NCBI GenBank assembly: GCA_036522815.1
Contig: DATDFC010000102.1
Location: forward strand, 22,056 to 86,055
DNA from: Gemmatimonadales bacterium
Lineage (GTDB): Bacteria > Gemmatimonadota > Gemmatimonadetes > Gemmatimonadales > GWC2-71-9
Reading direction: 5' to 3'
Length of the DNA stretch: 64,000 nt
The notes under the pieces are model-generated. The model was not told where the DNA came from and did no database searches. It worked only from the letters and a program-made list of their open reading frames with translations. Position numbers and translations under genes: made by a program. This document shows positions 63,845-64,000 of the stretch, one piece after another (the first letter of the stretch is position 1; each line of letters opens with the position of its first letter).

Positions 63845-64000
63845 ATGAAAGCTATTCGCGTGCACACCCCGGGCGGGCCCGAGGCGCTGCGTCTCGACGA
63901 TGTTCCGGAGCCCAAGCCCGAAGCGGGCCAGGCCGTCGTGAAGATCGAGGCCGCGGGCGTGAACTTCATCGACGTGTATCAGCGCACCGGCCTATACAAG
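63845..64000 (+). CDS. quinone oxidoreductase / zinc-type alcohol dehydrogenase family, 5' part (truncated by window end)
   Basis: My own translation from the ATG at 63845: [52 protein letters not shown]. This is a typical Qor N-terminus. The frame is open to the window end. Confidence 0.75.
   Translation, partial: MKAIRVHTPGGPEALRLDDVPEPKPEAGQAVVKIEAAGVNFIDVYQRTGLYK

Overview
Very GC-rich bacterial chromosomal segment (judged by eye, GC not computed) with about 60 protein-coding genes. I recognised no rRNA, tRNA, CRISPR array, transposase or integrase. The gene content includes an exported BNR/sortilin-like protein, DUF2911, a lipase-maturation-factor-like protein, many lipoproteins, a polyphosphate kinase and XoxF. 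This resembles Gemmatimonadota-type soil bacteria, but that is inference only. High GC fills the six-frame track with long spurious antisense or out-of-frame ORFs. I kept ORFs with recognisable family motifs, GC-rich third positions and plausible starts, many of them ATGA/GTGA/TGATG coupled. Layout: exported MsrA plus lipoprotein; acyl-CoA ligase; aldo/keto reductase; a 724-aa tandem-repeat lipoprotein; TonB-like protein. Then an XoxF-type PQQ dehydrogenase cluster (9667-12636), a BNR protein and an RND efflux operon (17303-22895). Then M28 peptidase and esterase; XRE and TetR regulators; a lower-GC accessory block (about 30.2-35.7 kb); an ABC-2 transporter; a histidine kinase with an Arg-rich DRR-repeat protein and a GNAT. 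Then a PPK1 with a roughly 375-aa N-terminal extension; an SBP56/methanethiol-oxidase-like gene with divergent xdhC/mocA; a DUF2779 nuclease; a LuxR-type response regulator and a pseudo-receiver/degenerate GGDEF protein. The window ends with proline dehydrogenase, efp, aminotransferases and a ThrC-like enzyme next to a MoaD-like GG-ending carrier. The best candidate for something undescribed is the accessory block at 30.2-35.7 kb. Two adjacent genes for envelope proteins each carry the same conserved upstream element, built from phased TTGnnnn heptamers followed by a -10-like hexamer. Next to them lie an AfsR-like SARP/STAND regulator, a small exported protein and a non-canonical Ser/Thr kinase. 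Other notable items are a 9-bp-periodic GGAGG/CCTCC palindrome filling one intergenic spacer, recurring (D/E)RR-repeat protein segments, a structured leader with terminator before the ThrC-like/MoaD-like pair, and REP-like hairpins.
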